Shown here: positions 63,098 to 64,000 of the stretch, piece by piece | Layout: each line of letters opens with the position of its first letter | Position numbering within the stretch: position 1 is the first letter of the stretch | Origin: Heterodontus francisci | Taxonomy: Eukaryota | Direction: 5' to 3' | Assembly: GCF_036365525.1 (NCBI RefSeq) | Contig: NC_090378.1 | Location: forward strand, 117,599,593-117,663,592 | DNA length: 64,000 nt | Position numbers and translations under genes: made by a program | Notes under the pieces: generated by a model | What the model saw: only the letters and a program-made list of their open reading frames with translations | Told to the model about the DNA's origin: nothing | The model's database searches: none

Positions 63098-63136
63098 CAC
63101 ACTGACAGCTTCCAGTGCAGGGGCTGTACAATATCC
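63098..63136 (+). promoter_or_regulatory. 23-bp-spacer recombination signal sequence of the J segment
   Basis: Read on +: heptamer CACACTG 63098-63104, exact 23-nt spacer 63105-63127, nonamer ACAATATCC 63128-63136. A 23-RSS on J is the kappa-type configuration. Confidence 0.93.
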
Positions 63137-63139
63137 TCT

Positions 63140-63925
63140 GCTCTCTGTTTCACTCACTCACTCTCACCCTCTCTCTGTCTTTCACTGTCACTGTGTCTCT
63201 TTCTCTGTCACTCTTTGCCTGTGTGTATGTGTGTCTCTGTCTCTCACACTCTCTCTATATATATCTATTTGTCTCTGTCTCTATGTGTGCTTCTGTCTGT
63301 CTCTGTCTGTGTGTGTCATTCACAGTGTGTCACACTCTGTCTCTGCTACTTTGGGTTTCTCTCACATTCTGTCTCTCTCTCATTGTTTTCTCTCACTCTG
63401 TCTCTTTCACTCTCTCATTATGTCCCTCTCTCTCACTCCCTGTTACTCTGTCTCTGTCACACGCTCTCTCTCTCTCACACTCTCTCTCAATCTGTCTCTC
63501 TCTTTCTCTCACTCACTCTGTCTCTCTTTCTCACTCTCTCTCACTCCCTCACTCTGTCTCTCTTTTTCTCCCTCTCACTGTCTCTCTCTTTCTTTCTCTC
63601 TCACTCTCTCTCTCTTTCTCACTCTCACTCTCTCATTCTGCCTCACTCTGTCTCTCTNNNNNNNNNNNNNNNNNNNNNNNNNNNNNNNNNNNNNNNNNNN
63701 NNNNNNNNNNNNNNNNNNNNNNNNNNNNNNNNNNNNNNNNNNNNNNNNNNNNNNNNNNNNNNNNNNNNNNNNNNNNNNNNNNNNNNNNNNNNNNNNNNNN
63801 NNNNNNNNNNNNNNNNNNNNNNNNNNNNNNNNNNNCTCTCATTCAGTCTCACTCTGTCTCTCTTTTTCTCCCTCTCACTCTCTCTCTCTTTCTCTCTCTC
63901 TCACTTTCTCTCTCTCTGTCTCTAA
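63140..63925. repeat. (CT/CA)-rich low-complexity tract upstream of J
   Basis: Direct inspection. Confidence 0.9.
63658..63835. other. Assembly gap (178 N)
   Basis: Run of N. Confidence 1.
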
Positions 63926-64000
63926 CAGACTGGGATGAATTCTCCCGGTGCCATGGAGACGGGGTTCTCATTTGGAGGTTGGGCAGGACTGGGAAAAATA

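Overview
Eukaryotic, repeat-dominated DNA from a cartilaginous fish. The CR1 LINE/SINE families are shark-type, and the Ig C sequence resembles horn shark (Heterodontus) type III light chain as I recall it; the species is unverified. The only confidently identified host gene is the 3' part of an immunoglobulin kappa (type III/NS4-class) light-chain cluster on the minus strand. It comprises one unrearranged J (63063-63097, FTFGKGTKLRL) with a 23-bp-spacer RSS (63098-63136), a 7.7-kb J-C intron and an intact C exon (55052-55380). No V is visible, so it presumably lies beyond the right edge. A probable last coding exon of an unidentified convergent gene lies at 1827-1917 (+). The rest is four large tandem arrays (32, 23, 36 and 45 bp units; the 36-mer spans about 14.8 kb with higher-order structure) plus nested mobile elements. 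These include many CR1 copies (one young copy with an open 707-aa RT frame), L2, a Tx1-type LINE, a Gypsy relic, a solo LTR, two hAT MITEs with TSDs, Harbinger Myb/SANT relics and SINEs. Almost all long ORFs in the ORF track are minisatellite artefacts. The most notable non-obvious observation is a duplicated piece of the J-C intron at about 29.9-32.6 kb, probably a decayed sister cluster or a CR1 3' transduction. I found no convincing new biological system.
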